Below the pieces are notes generated by a model. The model was not told the DNA's origin, did no database searches, and saw only the letters and a list, made by a program, of their open reading frames with translations. DNA of 64,000 bases from an uncultured virus (IMG/VR IMGVR_UViG_3300037329_000040) (lineage: Duplodnaviria; Heunggongvirae; Uroviricota; Caudoviricetes). Position numbers and translations under genes: made by a program. The number at the start of each line of letters is the position of its first letter. Positions within the stretch are counted from its first letter, which is position 1. The DNA is taken from IMG/VR virus record IMGVR_UViG_3300037329_000040. One strand, given 5' to 3'. Positions 19,518 to 29,665 of this stretch are shown here, piece after piece.

Positions 19518-19794
19518 GCTTCGCCCTCTTACCCCTCTGGGGCACTCGCTTAATTCTATCAATCTTAAATGCTCTAAACTGACAGGGGATTCCTTTGACT
19601 AGCTCAAAAACATCTATCCATGTGCTGCCAGTCTCTGTATTAGTGGTGAGGCCTCGAACCTTAAACTTAGACCCATACTCTCCTCTAACCTTTACAGTAT
19701 CTCCTGCGCTTATAACAAACCCGTTGATCTCAAAGCTAGGCTCTGTCTCAAAGATGCTGTGGTGAACTACGCTTGAACGCTTACGTCTAGCCAT
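19504..19794 (-). CDS. hypothetical protein (SH3-like beta fold)
   Basis: GDTVKVRGEYGSKFKV...WIDVFE. Coupled within the operon. Confidence 0.65.
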   Translation of the reverse strand: MARRKRSSVVHHSIFETEPSFEINGFVISAGDTVKVRGEYGSKFKVRGLTTNTETGSTWIDVFELVKGIPCQFRAFKIDRIKRVPQRGKRAKRVNP

Positions 19795-20057
19795 TATACT
19801 CTCTCCTTTGCTATCTTCAATAATACCAGATATCCTATTAAGTCGTCGATGTCATTGTCTCCTGGCCAGTCATGGCCGTTCTGTATCCTAGATAGCTTGT
19901 CGTCAATACGAACCAAGATCTGCTCCACGTTGTCTGACTTGGAGAAGACTCTTGTGGGGTGTAGGGCTGAGTCGCCGTAGGATCGATTCTTAGCCACTAA
20001 CATATCTTTTACCTGATTAGCTACCCGTTCAATATCTTGTTCTGTTTGCACACTCAT
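19794..20057 (-). CDS. DUF1599/nucleotide-modification-associated domain 1-like protein
   Basis: KNRSYGDS...VRIDDKLSRI...DDLIGYLVL. Confidence 0.7.
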   Translation of the reverse strand: MSVQTEQDIERVANQVKDMLVAKNRSYGDSALHPTRVFSKSDNVEQILVRIDDKLSRIQNGHDWPGDNDIDDLIGYLVLLKIAKERV

Positions 20058-20212
20058 CTGCGTGATTTCCTTAATCCAAATTTTGCTAGGTAGACGTATA
20101 TAGTTTCTACGCTTGCTCCACACTCTTTTGCGATTTGCTCGGGGCTCTTCTTGTCTGTGTGGTATCGCTTGCGCAACCAGTTTTCTGATGTATATAGTTT
20201 AGCAGAGGACAT
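20054..20212 (-). CDS. small HTH protein
   Basis: WLRKRY...SPEQIAKECGASVETIYVYLAKFGL. Confidence 0.7.
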   Translation of the reverse strand: MSSAKLYTSENWLRKRYHTDKKSPEQIAKECGASVETIYVYLAKFGLRKSRR

Positions 20213-20213
20213 A

Positions 20214-20789
20214 TTACTTGTCAACCTTTCCCCAATTATTAATTGCGTAATGACCAATGCCTATTGCATCGGCTACGTCATTATCTGTTACGGACTTATC
20301 ATAAATAATATTAACAACGTTAATAGTTCTTTGTTTCCTAAACTCACGTTCACGGTTCTTGTACCAGGAAGCAGACTTGTTTGGGGTCTCTGCCTGTATC
20401 CCAAGCTTTTCTTCTTTTGTTAGCTTGCCGTTTCCAAGATATATCTGCCAAGTGATGGGGTTAATTGATCCAGCAATCCGGATTCCGTTTTGGGCTGCTG
20501 CGCCGAGCATGGCACCCTGCACAAGAGCTAGGTCTGCGGCAGTCTTTGGTGAATTAATAAATACAGTATGCTCAATGATTATAGCGTCTATGTCAAATAG
20601 TTTAAAGAACGATACACACTTCTTTGCAGAGTCAGAAACTTTAGAGTAAGTGCTTACACCTTTAAAGTTTATCTTTCCGCTGTGCGTTAAGGTCTGTCCA
20701 TCAAAGATAGCGAATGCCATACTGTTGGTACTTGCGTCAATTGAGCAAACTCTTTGTGGCTTAGGATTCATCGCTGATAGGTTTACCAT
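20214..20789 (-). CDS. RuvC-like Holliday junction resolvase
   Basis: SIDAST, IIIEH, DNDVADAIGI acidic residues. Confidence 0.8.
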   Translation of the reverse strand: MVNLSAMNPKPQRVCSIDASTNSMAFAIFDGQTLTHSGKINFKGVSTYSKVSDSAKKCVSFFKLFDIDAIIIEHTVFINSPKTAADLALVQGAMLGAAAQNGIRIAGSINPITWQIYLGNGKLTKEEKLGIQAETPNKSASWYKNREREFRKQRTINVVNIIYDKSVTDNDVADAIGIGHYAINNWGKVDK

Positions 20790-21066
20790 TGGATATCCCC
20801 CTTAGCTCACGCAACGTCTTGGATACGATATCTGGGTCGATAGCGCACGTAGAACATATTGAGTCTTCGTTGTATACAGAAAGCTTTGTAGGGCAAGACC
20901 TGCAGGTCTTTAAATTCTTTGCCCTCTTTTTTCTTTTTACAATGGCGTATCGTTCTGATATCTTTTCTTTTGTGGCTTCCTCCCGACATTCTGCAGAGCA
21001 GTAAATCTGGTAAGATATGCCAGTAATAAAAGCGTTACCACATCTTTTACAATGTTTTTGGTTCAT
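20761..21066 (-). CDS. Cys-rich zinc-finger protein
   Basis: CKRC, YCSAEC, CRSC, CSTC. Confidence 0.7.
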   Translation of the reverse strand: MNQKHCKRCGNAFITGISYQIYCSAECREEATKEKISERYAIVKRKKRAKNLKTCRSCPTKLSVYNEDSICSTCAIDPDIVSKTLRELRGISNGKPISDES

Positions 21067-21841
21067 CTAAGGGCTCCAAGGACGGTAGTTTGATATCTCC
21101 CTGACCAGCCTCTGCACACGCGGCCTGGATAGGACACGTCTTGCAAATCTTTGAATTAGATCTGTAGTTCTTCTGTGGAAGAGTTTGATCTTCCCAGGCT
21201 TTCCGAACTGACCTCATCCAATCAAAAGCTGCATTAACCCACTTAATGTAATAATCACTTATCTGTACTGGTATGATCAGTAACTCGTGATTATTTTTGT
21301 TTTCATAAATAAGAACTGCTTCAGTTCTATTTAAGATCTTCATGTAAAGAAGAAGCTGTATGATGTGACCAGCTTTTGCCTTACCAGTTTTCTTCCTATA
21401 CTCGAACCCCTCCATGGGCATGGTCTTAATCTCTCCCAAGAGATTCTTTCCTTCCCAGTTCAGCATGACATCCCCGTACCCAAAAATTGGTGGGTCATCA
21501 TATGTCACCTTAAACTCAGAGTCAATTAAGAAGTCGTCCACGTTCCCCATGGCTTCCTGTATGCGCTCGTGAGCCTTGGTACCGGAGTTCATATTAGCTC
21601 CACCGTAAGCATCCGCATTGTCTGCGAAGGTCGCACCATTGAAAGCTAAGTACCAATATCTAGGGCACTCCCCATGAGAAAAGGCAATGGTGCTAGGTGC
21701 AAAGCTTTTCTTTGTCTGGAACTTGTCAACACGCTTTACTGTGTAACCGGTTCTTATCTTGTCGATGAGGGCATCGTGGTCCAAGAAGGACCTATTAGCT
21801 GCTGCCTTTATCATTATCTGACTTAATAAATTGCTTACCAT
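21047..21841 (-). CDS. Cas4-like PD-(D/E)XK exonuclease
   Basis: CPRYWY, GTKAHE, GD..GEIKT, QLLLY, CKTCP...C (4-Cys Fe-S pattern). Confidence 0.85.
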   Translation of the reverse strand: MVSNLLSQIMIKAAANRSFLDHDALIDKIRTGYTVKRVDKFQTKKSFAPSTIAFSHGECPRYWYLAFNGATFADNADAYGGANMNSGTKAHERIQEAMGNVDDFLIDSEFKVTYDDPPIFGYGDVMLNWEGKNLLGEIKTMPMEGFEYRKKTGKAKAGHIIQLLLYMKILNRTEAVLIYENKNNHELLIIPVQISDYYIKWVNAAFDWMRSVRKAWEDQTLPQKNYRSNSKICKTCPIQAACAEAGQGDIKLPSLEPLDEPKTL

Positions 21842-21848
21842 ATTAATA

Positions 21849-22163
21849 CTAGCGAATAATATATTTTAACGCTGCTACAAGACTGTTAATAGACTCTGCT
21901 GCAGTGAAGTATATATTCTTCTTCGCTCTATCTCCCTTATCTACGTTTACCATCCAAGTGGCCCTAAGTGACATCTTAGCTGCAATTGCTTGCAGCCTTA
22001 CAATCTCAATAGTTGCCACTGGAAGTGGAATATCTGGCTTAATAATTATCTTAGCAACCATTACAAGTGCTGAGGTTAGCTCTTCATCTTGCATGAAGTC
22101 TGCTATCTCTGCCAACCCATTGATCTGCTCTAGTGTGCTTCTGTCTTGGTTACTGGTTTCCAT
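21849..22163 (-). CDS. hypothetical protein
   Basis: Helical ORF with an upstream GTGTATAAT. Confidence 0.7.
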   Translation of the reverse strand: METSNQDRSTLEQINGLAEIADFMQDEELTSALVMVAKIIIKPDIPLPVATIEIVRLQAIAAKMSLRATWMVNVDKGDRAKKNIYFTAAESINSLVAALKYIIR

Positions 22164-22190
22164 ATTATACCTTTACTCTATTATACACCA

Positions 22191-22931
22191 TCAGGAGGAT
22201 GCTGAGGTGATCGTGGCAGATGTCATGCTTTTAGTGCTTCGCAACCACTTACCACAATCCATGCACTGGTATCGCTGATAAGTTGCTGTTGCGTTTGTGA
22301 CTTCACCGCTTGGTATGAGGGCATAGGACGCACAGTTTGTACATCCTTCTTCTACCCCATCATATAGCGCACGGTTTGGGTGTGCATTAATCCATGGCTG
22401 TAGCTTATCGTAAACATCCAGTAGCAGGTTCACGTCTTGGATCTGATATTTCTTCATCTCTACCCAAGCTTTTTCATCACCGGCCATGCAGTCCAACCAT
22501 AGCGAAAACCCTGAGTGCTTAACCTTGGAACCCACACCAAGAGCTTGCGCAACATAATCCAACTTGTTTGACGGAAACCTAAAGTTTGCCTTGGTGACAG
22601 ACATGAGGTCCAGGTCTTTTGTTGGTGAAGGAGGAAGCAGTCCGTTCTCCAGGAACTCTCGATTAATGTGCTTATGGTCAAACCCTGTAGAGTTCCAACC
22701 AACCATGACGTCAGCTTCGTGCATCAGGGAATGAAGCTCCTTAAGCATTTCTTCTTTACCGTCATGATGCAAAGACTTAAACACAACCTTTTTCTTATCT
22801 CCCCACCTTGCACCGAAGCACAACATCTCCGTAGGTTTTACGATTTGTCCGATACTAATATTCTGATCCCAAAGTCCCCACGTGTAAGCAAGGATAGGTG
22901 TAGTCTCTATATCTAGAAATAGTGTTTTCAT
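22191..22931 (-). CDS. RNase H-fold (DEDDy/YprB-like) exonuclease with C-terminal zinc ribbon
   Basis: FLDIET, GWNSTGFD, KLDYVA, YQIQDV, CTNC...CMDC. Confidence 0.8.
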   Translation of the reverse strand: MKTLFLDIETTPILAYTWGLWDQNISIGQIVKPTEMLCFGARWGDKKKVVFKSLHHDGKEEMLKELHSLMHEADVMVGWNSTGFDHKHINREFLENGLLPPSPTKDLDLMSVTKANFRFPSNKLDYVAQALGVGSKVKHSGFSLWLDCMAGDEKAWVEMKKYQIQDVNLLLDVYDKLQPWINAHPNRALYDGVEEGCTNCASYALIPSGEVTNATATYQRYQCMDCGKWLRSTKSMTSATITSASS

Positions 22932-23215
22932 TTTTGATTCTCCAATAGCTGCTCTAGTAGTGATAGCTCTATGATAGCTAATCTTGTTTTGCGGTTACCG
23001 TCGCCCATTACTAAGACGAGTGCTGGGTCTGCGTTTGACTTCATGGCATCTGTTACTGCTTTTGCCCAGATGTCTTGGTCTATTCGCATACCCTTTGGAT
23101 ATTCTTTAAAGTCAACAACAAAGTTTTGCCAAGTGGCATCGCCCTTCTTGTTATTTCTTCCAGAGTTTTTGTGCTGTGTAGCACCAATTCTCTTGGACTC
23201 AGATCTCTCGCTCAT
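22928..23215 (-). CDS. small PD-(D/E)XK nuclease/resolvase-like protein
   Basis: SE...NSG...KGDA...VDFKE. Confidence 0.65.
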   Translation of the reverse strand: MSERSESKRIGATQHKNSGRNNKKGDATWQNFVVDFKEYPKGMRIDQDIWAKAVTDAMKSNADPALVLVMGDGNRKTRLAIIELSLLEQLLENQK

Positions 23216-23384
23216 AGTCTCTCTTTGTTTTCTTTATAGTTAATTGTACCTTAGTTAGGTGGTTTTGTCCACACATCCAAGTAAGTTCCGTTACCTCTGG
23301 ATAATGCCTAAGTGAGGTCACGGGGTCCTTGCATACATGACAGTTAAACTTTCCGGTGTATATGCTGTATCGGCTAGAGCCCAT
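23199..23384 (-). CDS. small zinc-ribbon protein
   Basis: CHVC...WMCGQNH. Confidence 0.65.
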   Translation of the reverse strand: MGSSRYSIYTGKFNCHVCKDPVTSLRHYPEVTELTWMCGQNHLTKVQLTIKKTKRDYEREI

Positions 23385-24384
23385 TGACCTTGTCCCTAAG
23401 CTCTTGCTGAAGGGCAGAGTCCTCTCTGACACGCTTTACGAACGCGTCTCTTCCCTGAACCTTTGTACCGTCTGGAAGGATGTACCAAGCACCTGTACGC
23501 TCCACATAGCCCACCATCTCTGCCGTATCTACAAGGTCTCCAATAACATCGATTCCAATAAGGTCTCCCTTATAGTAAAACCCATACTCTCCAGACTCTC
23601 CTGGTGCAGAGGTCTTAGAGTTTTGAACCTCCCAGCGAACTGTCCGACCTAGCTTTTGTTCTATAAGCTTGTCTCCAACTTGAATCTTGCCTTTAATGGC
23701 CTGACCATCAGACGAGGATGAGAACAGCTTTACGATAGTTGAGGAGAAGAACTGAGTTGCATTACCTCCAGTTGGAATAGACTGAGTATACATTGCTGTA
23801 ATGTTATTCCTAGCCTGAGAGATAGCAACAATCAGAGCTGGCTTCTCCTGATTATTCGCATAGTTAATCATCATCCAAGCATGCTTTAGGTCCTTTGACT
23901 CTGACCCAATCTGCTTAGTGTTGTCCAGCTGCTTTAACTCTGTAGAGTCTTTCTCGAAGTATACCGCTGGAAGAAGAGAGCTTATACTATCTATCACAAT
24001 CATGTCTACGCCTGCATGCAACAGGGCTACGACAACATCTACCATGTCGTTGATGCTCCTTGCCTCTGAGTAAATCAGCTGTGTGGGGTCTACCCCTAGC
24101 CTCTCAGCCCATTCTGCATCGTATGACATCTCTGCATCAACCCAAGCACAAAGCTTTCCTTCTTTTTGTGCCAACCCGATTGTCTGCAAACACAAAGAAG
24201 ACTTGGCGCTAGACTTGCTCCCCCAAAGAAGAACCTGTCTGCCATACGGAAACCCACCACCCAAGGCCTTATTAAGACCTGGGCTAGGAGTCTTCTGAAA
24301 CTCTGTCTTGATTCCCACCGCTGGTGCCACCTTCTTTCGTAACTTTGGATCTAATAAAGCTAGAGCCTCATCAATTGTTGTCAT
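23374..24384 (-). CDS. recA: RecA-like recombinase
   Basis: LNKALGGGFPYGR, P-loop GSKSSAKS, WVDAE, IVIDSI, GAWY. Confidence 0.88.
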   Translation of the reverse strand: MTTIDEALALLDPKLRKKVAPAVGIKTEFQKTPSPGLNKALGGGFPYGRQVLLWGSKSSAKSSLCLQTIGLAQKEGKLCAWVDAEMSYDAEWAERLGVDPTQLIYSEARSINDMVDVVVALLHAGVDMIVIDSISSLLPAVYFEKDSTELKQLDNTKQIGSESKDLKHAWMMINYANNQEKPALIVAISQARNNITAMYTQSIPTGGNATQFFSSTIVKLFSSSSDGQAIKGKIQVGDKLIEQKLGRTVRWEVQNSKTSAPGESGEYGFYYKGDLIGIDVIGDLVDTAEMVGYVERTGAWYILPDGTKVQGRDAFVKRVREDSALQQELRDKVNGL

Positions 24385-27300
24385 GTACGTCCTCCATAAT
24401 TATTGTTCCATCTTTTGTTTTTGCGAAGCTAAAGACATACGAGCTGCCTTCTTTTATTTTCATGTAAGCCTTTGAGAACTGGGTTGGGAACACCGTTACG
24501 GGGTGAAGCTCTCTGGCGGTATCTGCAAGGGTTAGGTATGCCATCTTCTTTCCTGCCTTAGTTACCCGTGATTTAAACGATACAACATACATCTCATCAC
24601 CCTTAAAAGGAAGAGTCTTGTAGTTTAAGTATTTAATTAGTGATGACTCCACCTTACCAATGTCGTCAATCTGTATCGCATTAAGAACTCTGTTGTCACT
24701 TGCTAGTAATAGATAGGTCTTCCCTGGTTCTATAGTCGTCTGCTCGTCGTCAAAGATGCCAACACTACCAGTCTTATCTAGCAACTCTATCCTTGACCAT
24801 CCAGGTCCCCTCTTTATACTCTTGACCATGCCCATAAGTATGAAGGATCCCTTGTCGTCAAAGTCTTCAACATCATTAATGAATGCGTGAAAGTGTTGTG
24901 GCACAGATATATTAAACTCTGGGAGGTTCAGGAACTCGTAAAGGTTTTCACGAATCTCATCGTCCTTACGAGGGTTGTCTTCAAATGTTGCTGCACCGAC
25001 TACCCGTAGGGCCTGCAGGGACCTGCTGTTGACACCACTGCCCTTCTTGGAAGTGAAGGCCTCTAGGTCGCTATAAGACTTGAATGGACGCACTGCTAAA
25101 AACTTCTCGGCAATGTTGTCTGAGATATACTTTATGCCTGTGAGTCCGAACCTGATGCCCTTGCCTTCGATCTTGAAGTCAGCATCTGAATCATTGATAT
25201 GAGGAAGCTTGATAGATATTCCCATACGCTTAGCCTCAATCAGGTATTCTGTTCTGGCGTCCTTGTCCTTTTCATTCTTAAGGATAGAGTACATAAACTC
25301 TAGTGGGTATCTATTCTTTAACCATGCTGTCCAATAGGAAAGAGTTGAGTACGCCACGGCGTGAGACTTGTTAAACGAATACCCAGCGTGAGCCTCGAAG
25401 TCTGTCCAAAGGTCTAGTGCAGCATTAGGGCTTAGGTAGTTAGATGCACCCTTTACGAACTTATCTTTGAAGACGTCAAACTCTTTAGCGTCTTTCTTCT
25501 TTCCAATAATCTTACGAACAGTGTCGGCTTCAGACATGCTCATACCGCCTAGGTATACACATGCCTGCATGACCTGCTCCTGATACAAGACACAGCCGTA
25601 AGTTTCAGCCGTGAACTCCTTAAAGACTTTGTGGTGGTAACTAATGTTCTGTCTGCCTTGCTTGCGAGCGATGTAGTCCTTACCAATGGTGTTTGCGGCA
25701 CCTGGTCGAACCAAAGCATTAGAAGCTGCTAGCTCAGAGAAGTTCTTGACGCCCATCTTAACTAGAAGATTTGTATACGGGGTAGCCTCACACTGGAATA
25801 CCCCCTTGGTATAACCGTCTGATAGCATCTTGTAAACATTGGAGTCGTCCATGTCAATTTCTAGCAGGTCAATCTTCTTTCCGTGACGCCCCTCTATTAT
25901 GTCTAGGGTGTCTCTTAGGACTGATAGAGTTTTAAGGCCCAAAGCATCGATCTTGATTAGACCAATACGCTCTGCCTCGGTCATGTCTACGGCTACCACA
26001 GGGATTCTCTCCTTAGTTCCAGGAGAGACCCTAGTCTCCATAGGGGCAAACTTGAAGATAGGCTGTTTTGATGTCACAACACCAGCTGCGTGTATGCCAG
26101 TACCACGAATTCTTCCACGTAGCTGCTCTCCATAGACCTCAATCTCTGGGTACTTTTCTCTGAACCATTCAGCCTGACGGGATCGGCAATAGTCTTCCCA
26201 TGTATCAATGACCTTTAGGACCTTGTTAACGTCTGTAAGAGGTATATGAAGGACTCTAGCGATGTCTCTGACTACCCCTTTATCTTTGAACTGCAAGAAA
26301 GTAGCAATGGATGCCACGTGCTTGTACTGCCTTACAAGGTAGTCCTTGACTTCTTCTCTTCGAGAATCCTGGATGTCGGTGTCGATGTCTGGGAAGTCGC
26401 TACGCTCAGGATTAATAAATCTAAAGAAAAGCAATCCGTGAACGATGGGGTCAATGTCTGTAATCTCTAATGCGTAACACAGAAGTGATCCAGCAGAAGA
26501 ACCTCGACCAGGACCAACCATGATTCCCTCTTTTTTAGCCCAAGAAATCATAGACCTAACAACGAGAAAGTATGGACCAAAGTTCTTGTCCTGAATAACC
26601 TTAAGCTCTTCGTCTAACCTATCACGATATTCTTGGGAATCAACACCACGCTTCTTGAGCCCCTGCTCAGCCAGCATCCTCAGCTCGCCATTAGGATCCT
26701 GGTACTGAACCGGTAGCAAGTCTGCGTAGTCTTCTATCTCGTAGTCCTGAACCTTATCGGCAACTTCTTGGGTTGCAGTGTACATGTCTTCTCGGTCAAC
26801 ACCTTGTGAAACCATAGCAGAACGCATCTCTTCATCAGATAGAAGATGAATATCAAACTTAGCGAATGATATTTGGCGTTCGCCGTACAGGTAATCTAGT
26901 CTATCCATTAGGTTGTCATGCTTTAAAGACTTGTTGTAAGTAACATCCTTCTGTACTTTATTAGAGTAGCTGTTAAGGATAAGCTTAAGCTCCTGAATTT
27001 CTTTTTGCCCCGCATCAGCATGGTGACAGTCTGGGGTGATGATTGGGGTTACGTTGTACTGGTCTGCCAAAGCTAGAAGCTGCTTGTTAACAGCCTCCCC
27101 GTTGTGTGGCATAACCTCAATGTAGTAGTCGTCCTTGAAGACCCTCTTGTGCCACTCAATAATAGTTTTTGCTTCCGCAAGCTCTTCTGCCTCAATAGCT
27201 TTTGCTAGAGCACCAGAGAGGCATCCAGAAAGAACGATTAGGCCTTCCGCATATTTCTCTAACACCTCGTAGTCAATACGTGGCTTCTTGAAGAAACCTT

Positions 27301-27646
27301 CTGTCCAAGCAATTTCGTTTAGCTTGTTTAAATTGTAAAGCCCAACCTTATTCTTTGCAAGAATGATTACGTGGTTGTAAACTAAGTCTAGTAATCCGTC
27401 GCGAGCATCGTTACCTCGTTGGTCGAACCTATCGGCTGTGATGTAGGCCTCTACGCCAAGGACAGGTTTAATCCCCTTGTCCTTAGCCATACGATAAAAC
27501 TCTCTGTGTCCAGAAAGGGATCCATGGTCTGTAATAGCAATGGCAGACATGCCCAAATCTTTGGCACGGTCAACATACTCCTGAGGAGTAGCAATCCCGT
27601 CAAAGAGCGAGTAGTGTGTGTGAACGTGCAGGCCGTTGTAGCTCAT
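24371..27646 (-). CDS. dnaE: DNA polymerase III alpha subunit
   Basis: PHP LHVHTHYSLFDG, ITDHG, GPGRGSSAGSL, PDIDTD, HAAGVV, YSFNKSHA. No intein. Confidence 0.95.
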   Translation of the reverse strand: MSYNGLHVHTHYSLFDGIATPQEYVDRAKDLGMSAIAITDHGSLSGHREFYRMAKDKGIKPVLGVEAYITADRFDQRGNDARDGLLDLVYNHVIILAKNKVGLYNLNKLNEIAWTEGFFKKPRIDYEVLEKYAEGLIVLSGCLSGALAKAIEAEELAEAKTIIEWHKRVFKDDYYIEVMPHNGEAVNKQLLALADQYNVTPIITPDCHHADAGQKEIQELKLILNSYSNKVQKDVTYNKSLKHDNLMDRLDYLYGERQISFAKFDIHLLSDEEMRSAMVSQGVDREDMYTATQEVADKVQDYEIEDYADLLPVQYQDPNGELRMLAEQGLKKRGVDSQEYRDRLDEELKVIQDKNFGPYFLVVRSMISWAKKEGIMVGPGRGSSAGSLLCYALEITDIDPIVHGLLFFRFINPERSDFPDIDTDIQDSRREEVKDYLVRQYKHVASIATFLQFKDKGVVRDIARVLHIPLTDVNKVLKVIDTWEDYCRSRQAEWFREKYPEIEVYGEQLRGRIRGTGIHAAGVVTSKQPIFKFAPMETRVSPGTKERIPVVAVDMTEAERIGLIKIDALGLKTLSVLRDTLDIIEGRHGKKIDLLEIDMDDSNVYKMLSDGYTKGVFQCEATPYTNLLVKMGVKNFSELAASNALVRPGAANTIGKDYIARKQGRQNISYHHKVFKEFTAETYGCVLYQEQVMQACVYLGGMSMSEADTVRKIIGKKKDAKEFDVFKDKFVKGASNYLSPNAALDLWTDFEAHAGYSFNKSHAVAYSTLSYWTAWLKNRYPLEFMYSILKNEKDKDARTEYLIEAKRMGISIKLPHINDSDADFKIEGKGIRFGLTGIKYISDNIAEKFLAVRPFKSYSDLEAFTSKKGSGVNSRSLQALRVVGAATFEDNPRKDDEIRENLYEFLNLPEFNISVPQHFHAFINDVEDFDDKGSFILMGMVKSIKRGPGWSRIELLDKTGSVGIFDDEQTTIEPGKTYLLLASDNRVLNAIQIDDIGKVESSLIKYLNYKTLPFKGDEMYVVSFKSRVTKAGKKMAYLTLADTARELHPVTVFPTQFSKAYMKIKEGSSYVFSFAKTKDGTIIMEDVHDNN

Positions 27647-27672
27647 TAAGATCCTCTGTTATGCGTACAATA

Positions 27673-27701
27673 ATTATTGCACAGTGAGCGCGTGATGTCA
27701 A
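27673..27701 (-). promoter_or_regulatory. putative promoter for dnaE
   Basis: TTGACA-17-AATAAT immediately after a terminator. Confidence 0.5.
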
Positions 27702-27712
27702 TAGGGGTGTGT

Positions 27713-27744
27713 AAAAGGAGGGGCAGCGAGTGGCCACCCCTCCT
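27713..27744 (-). terminator. intrinsic terminator after SSB
   Basis: AGGAGGGGTG...TGCCCCTCCT followed by TTT. Confidence 0.75.
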
Positions 27745-27752
27745 AATATAAA

Positions 27753-28409
27753 TTACCAGTCTATGTTGGTTGCAGTTACAGAGGATGGGCCGTCAAACCC
27801 AAGGTAGAAACTTTCCTGCTCTGAATAAGGTACGTGTCTTACGACCTTCTCCAAATCGAAAGGCTCATGTCCTGACCAGTCGAATGGCTCAGAGTCTGGT
27901 GCTGTGGGGATCAGAGTGTAGCTAGTCTCTGTTCCCTGACCGTTTCTCTTGATCTTCCATGACATGTTAGAGATACTGCCAGTTTCCAAAGCGTACTCTC
28001 TAAGGTTGTTGAATGCCGACTGCTTGCCGACACCCTGGGACCACACAGCAACGTATGGAGGCTCGAGACCGTCATCCACAAGGACGTTACAGTAGAAGCG
28101 TAGACGGGCTTTCCAGCCTGCCTTGGGATCCTTGCGGCTCATCTCTTCTGCCCAGTCACGACCCTCAGAGTCCATGGTGTCCAAAGCCTTGCGCTTGTAG
28201 TCCTTTGGATTTGTGTGCTCCTTAACGACGATTGCAAGACCCCTGCCCTCGGCGTAACCTGCGGACTCTTCGTCCAGCTCTTCGATGAATCGAATCTTTG
28301 CTGACTGTCCGTCTACAAGCTTAAGCCATCGAACCTTCTCTCCGTTAGATTCATACTTCGGCTTGTCTAGTAGTGCGTTGATGTCTTTTAGTCCTCTTGT
28401 AATGCTCAT
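27753..28409 (-). CDS. single-stranded DNA-binding protein (gp32-like, putative)
   Basis: WLKL.DGQSAKIRF, KIKRNGQGTETSYTL, acidic/aromatic C-terminus. Position between primase and polymerase. Confidence 0.7.
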   Translation of the reverse strand: MSITRGLKDINALLDKPKYESNGEKVRWLKLVDGQSAKIRFIEELDEESAGYAEGRGLAIVVKEHTNPKDYKRKALDTMDSEGRDWAEEMSRKDPKAGWKARLRFYCNVLVDDGLEPPYVAVWSQGVGKQSAFNNLREYALETGSISNMSWKIKRNGQGTETSYTLIPTAPDSEPFDWSGHEPFDLEKVVRHVPYSEQESFYLGFDGPSSVTATNIDW

Positions 28410-28434
28410 GTTTTGTTCTCCTTGTTTGTATGTA

Positions 28435-29379
28435 TTATGTTAGCATGCTGGCTATTGATTTGTCAAACGAATACTCTAAGTTTCTTATATCGTTATCTGA
28501 CATATCGCCTATATCTTTGTATTGCTTTTCTAACTGTATTACGGATACTCTAGAGCCAAGTTTTTTAATTATCCTGTCTTTCATGTTTCCGCCTGCTTCA
28601 TCATTATCAGCAATAACTATTACGTTATTGAAGTATTTTTGTAGTAGGTCTGTTTGTATGTTGGATACATTTGATCCCAACGTAGCTACCGCTGGAAAGT
28701 GACATTGATGTAATCTTATCGCATCAAATGAGGACTCCACAACATAAATCTTATCTGCGTTTTTTACGCGATGCAGGTTGAACAGGACTTTGCCTTTAGG
28801 AAGTTTTGGGGTGTTCTTAAATTCTTTGCCCTCTATAGACCTACCAACAAAACCTACAGCCATCCCGTTGGGGGCATGCACAGGTATCGTGACCATGTCT
28901 TGCTTCTCCGAAAACCCAAGCTTAAAAGTTTCCATGGACTCTTTAGATATATTCCTGCCAAGGTAATAGTTGACCGCCCTTGGGGAATCTAGTGCCTGCT
29001 GAGAAAGGCGCTGAATAGTAACCTCATCGAAAGGCACGTACTCTGGTCGCTCTGTAAGAGCCCTCTGCACCTCTGCCTCTATGTTAGTCTCAGTCTCTTT
29101 ACTTTTAATAAACCTAGCGGACTCGAAGTAAGTCCTTCCGGTTGTGTGCATAACAAACTCTGTTAAGTCTGCGACTTTGTGACAGGAGAAACAAAAGAAC
29201 GTGCCCTTGGATTTATCAATTTCTCCAGCTGGAGTTCGATGGTTTGGGTGAAATGGGCAGAACAGTAGGAAGTCAATATCGACTTCGCCTTCTATGGTGA
29301 GGCCGGATCCCGTAATAACTCGCTTGACTTGCTCCTCTGAGTATAGACTGGAGCTGTACCGTTTAATCCCATCACCCAT
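28435..29379 (-). CDS. dnaG: DNA primase
   Basis: CPFH...CFSC zinc finger, GFVGR, TOPRIM VVESSFD and DNDEAG. Confidence 0.9.
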   Translation of the reverse strand: MGDGIKRYSSSLYSEEQVKRVITGSGLTIEGEVDIDFLLFCPFHPNHRTPAGEIDKSKGTFFCFSCHKVADLTEFVMHTTGRTYFESARFIKSKETETNIEAEVQRALTERPEYVPFDEVTIQRLSQQALDSPRAVNYYLGRNISKESMETFKLGFSEKQDMVTIPVHAPNGMAVGFVGRSIEGKEFKNTPKLPKGKVLFNLHRVKNADKIYVVESSFDAIRLHQCHFPAVATLGSNVSNIQTDLLQKYFNNVIVIADNDEAGGNMKDRIIKKLGSRVSVIQLEKQYKDIGDMSDNDIRNLEYSFDKSIASMLT

Positions 29380-29624
29380 TCGCTTTTTTTCTTCCCTATG
29401 TATGAACCATATATTGTTAGCTTAAATTTAAATATTAGAGTTGCTTCTTCGTATTCTATTGTGAAATCTTCCAAGATGTCTAGCCTTGGAACGTATCCAG
29501 AAATTCTCATGCCTGTGTGCAATACTCTAGAGTATTCATCTCGCAGCCTTATTATTGCAGAGTCATCGTAGATCTCTCCACTGATACTAAAACTCTTTAT
29601 AGCCTTGTGATGATAGCTTTCCAT
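29292..29624 (-). CDS. hypothetical protein, leaderless
   Basis: TATAAT 6 nt before the ATG. The 3' end overlaps the primase start. Confidence 0.65.
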   Translation of the reverse strand: MESYHHKAIKSFSISGEIYDDSAIIRLRDEYSRVLHTGMRISGYVPRLDILEDFTIEYEEATLIFKFKLTIYGSYIGKKKSEWVMGLNGTAPVYTQRSKSSELLRDPASP

Positions 29625-29665
29625 ACATATATTATACTAGACATCTTTGAAAATTGATAGATCTA

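Noticed and set aside
21047..21841. Cas4-like gene as evidence of a CRISPR-Cas system
   Set aside because: No repeat-spacer array or other cas genes are visible. Solo Cas4-like nucleases are common in phage recombination blocks.
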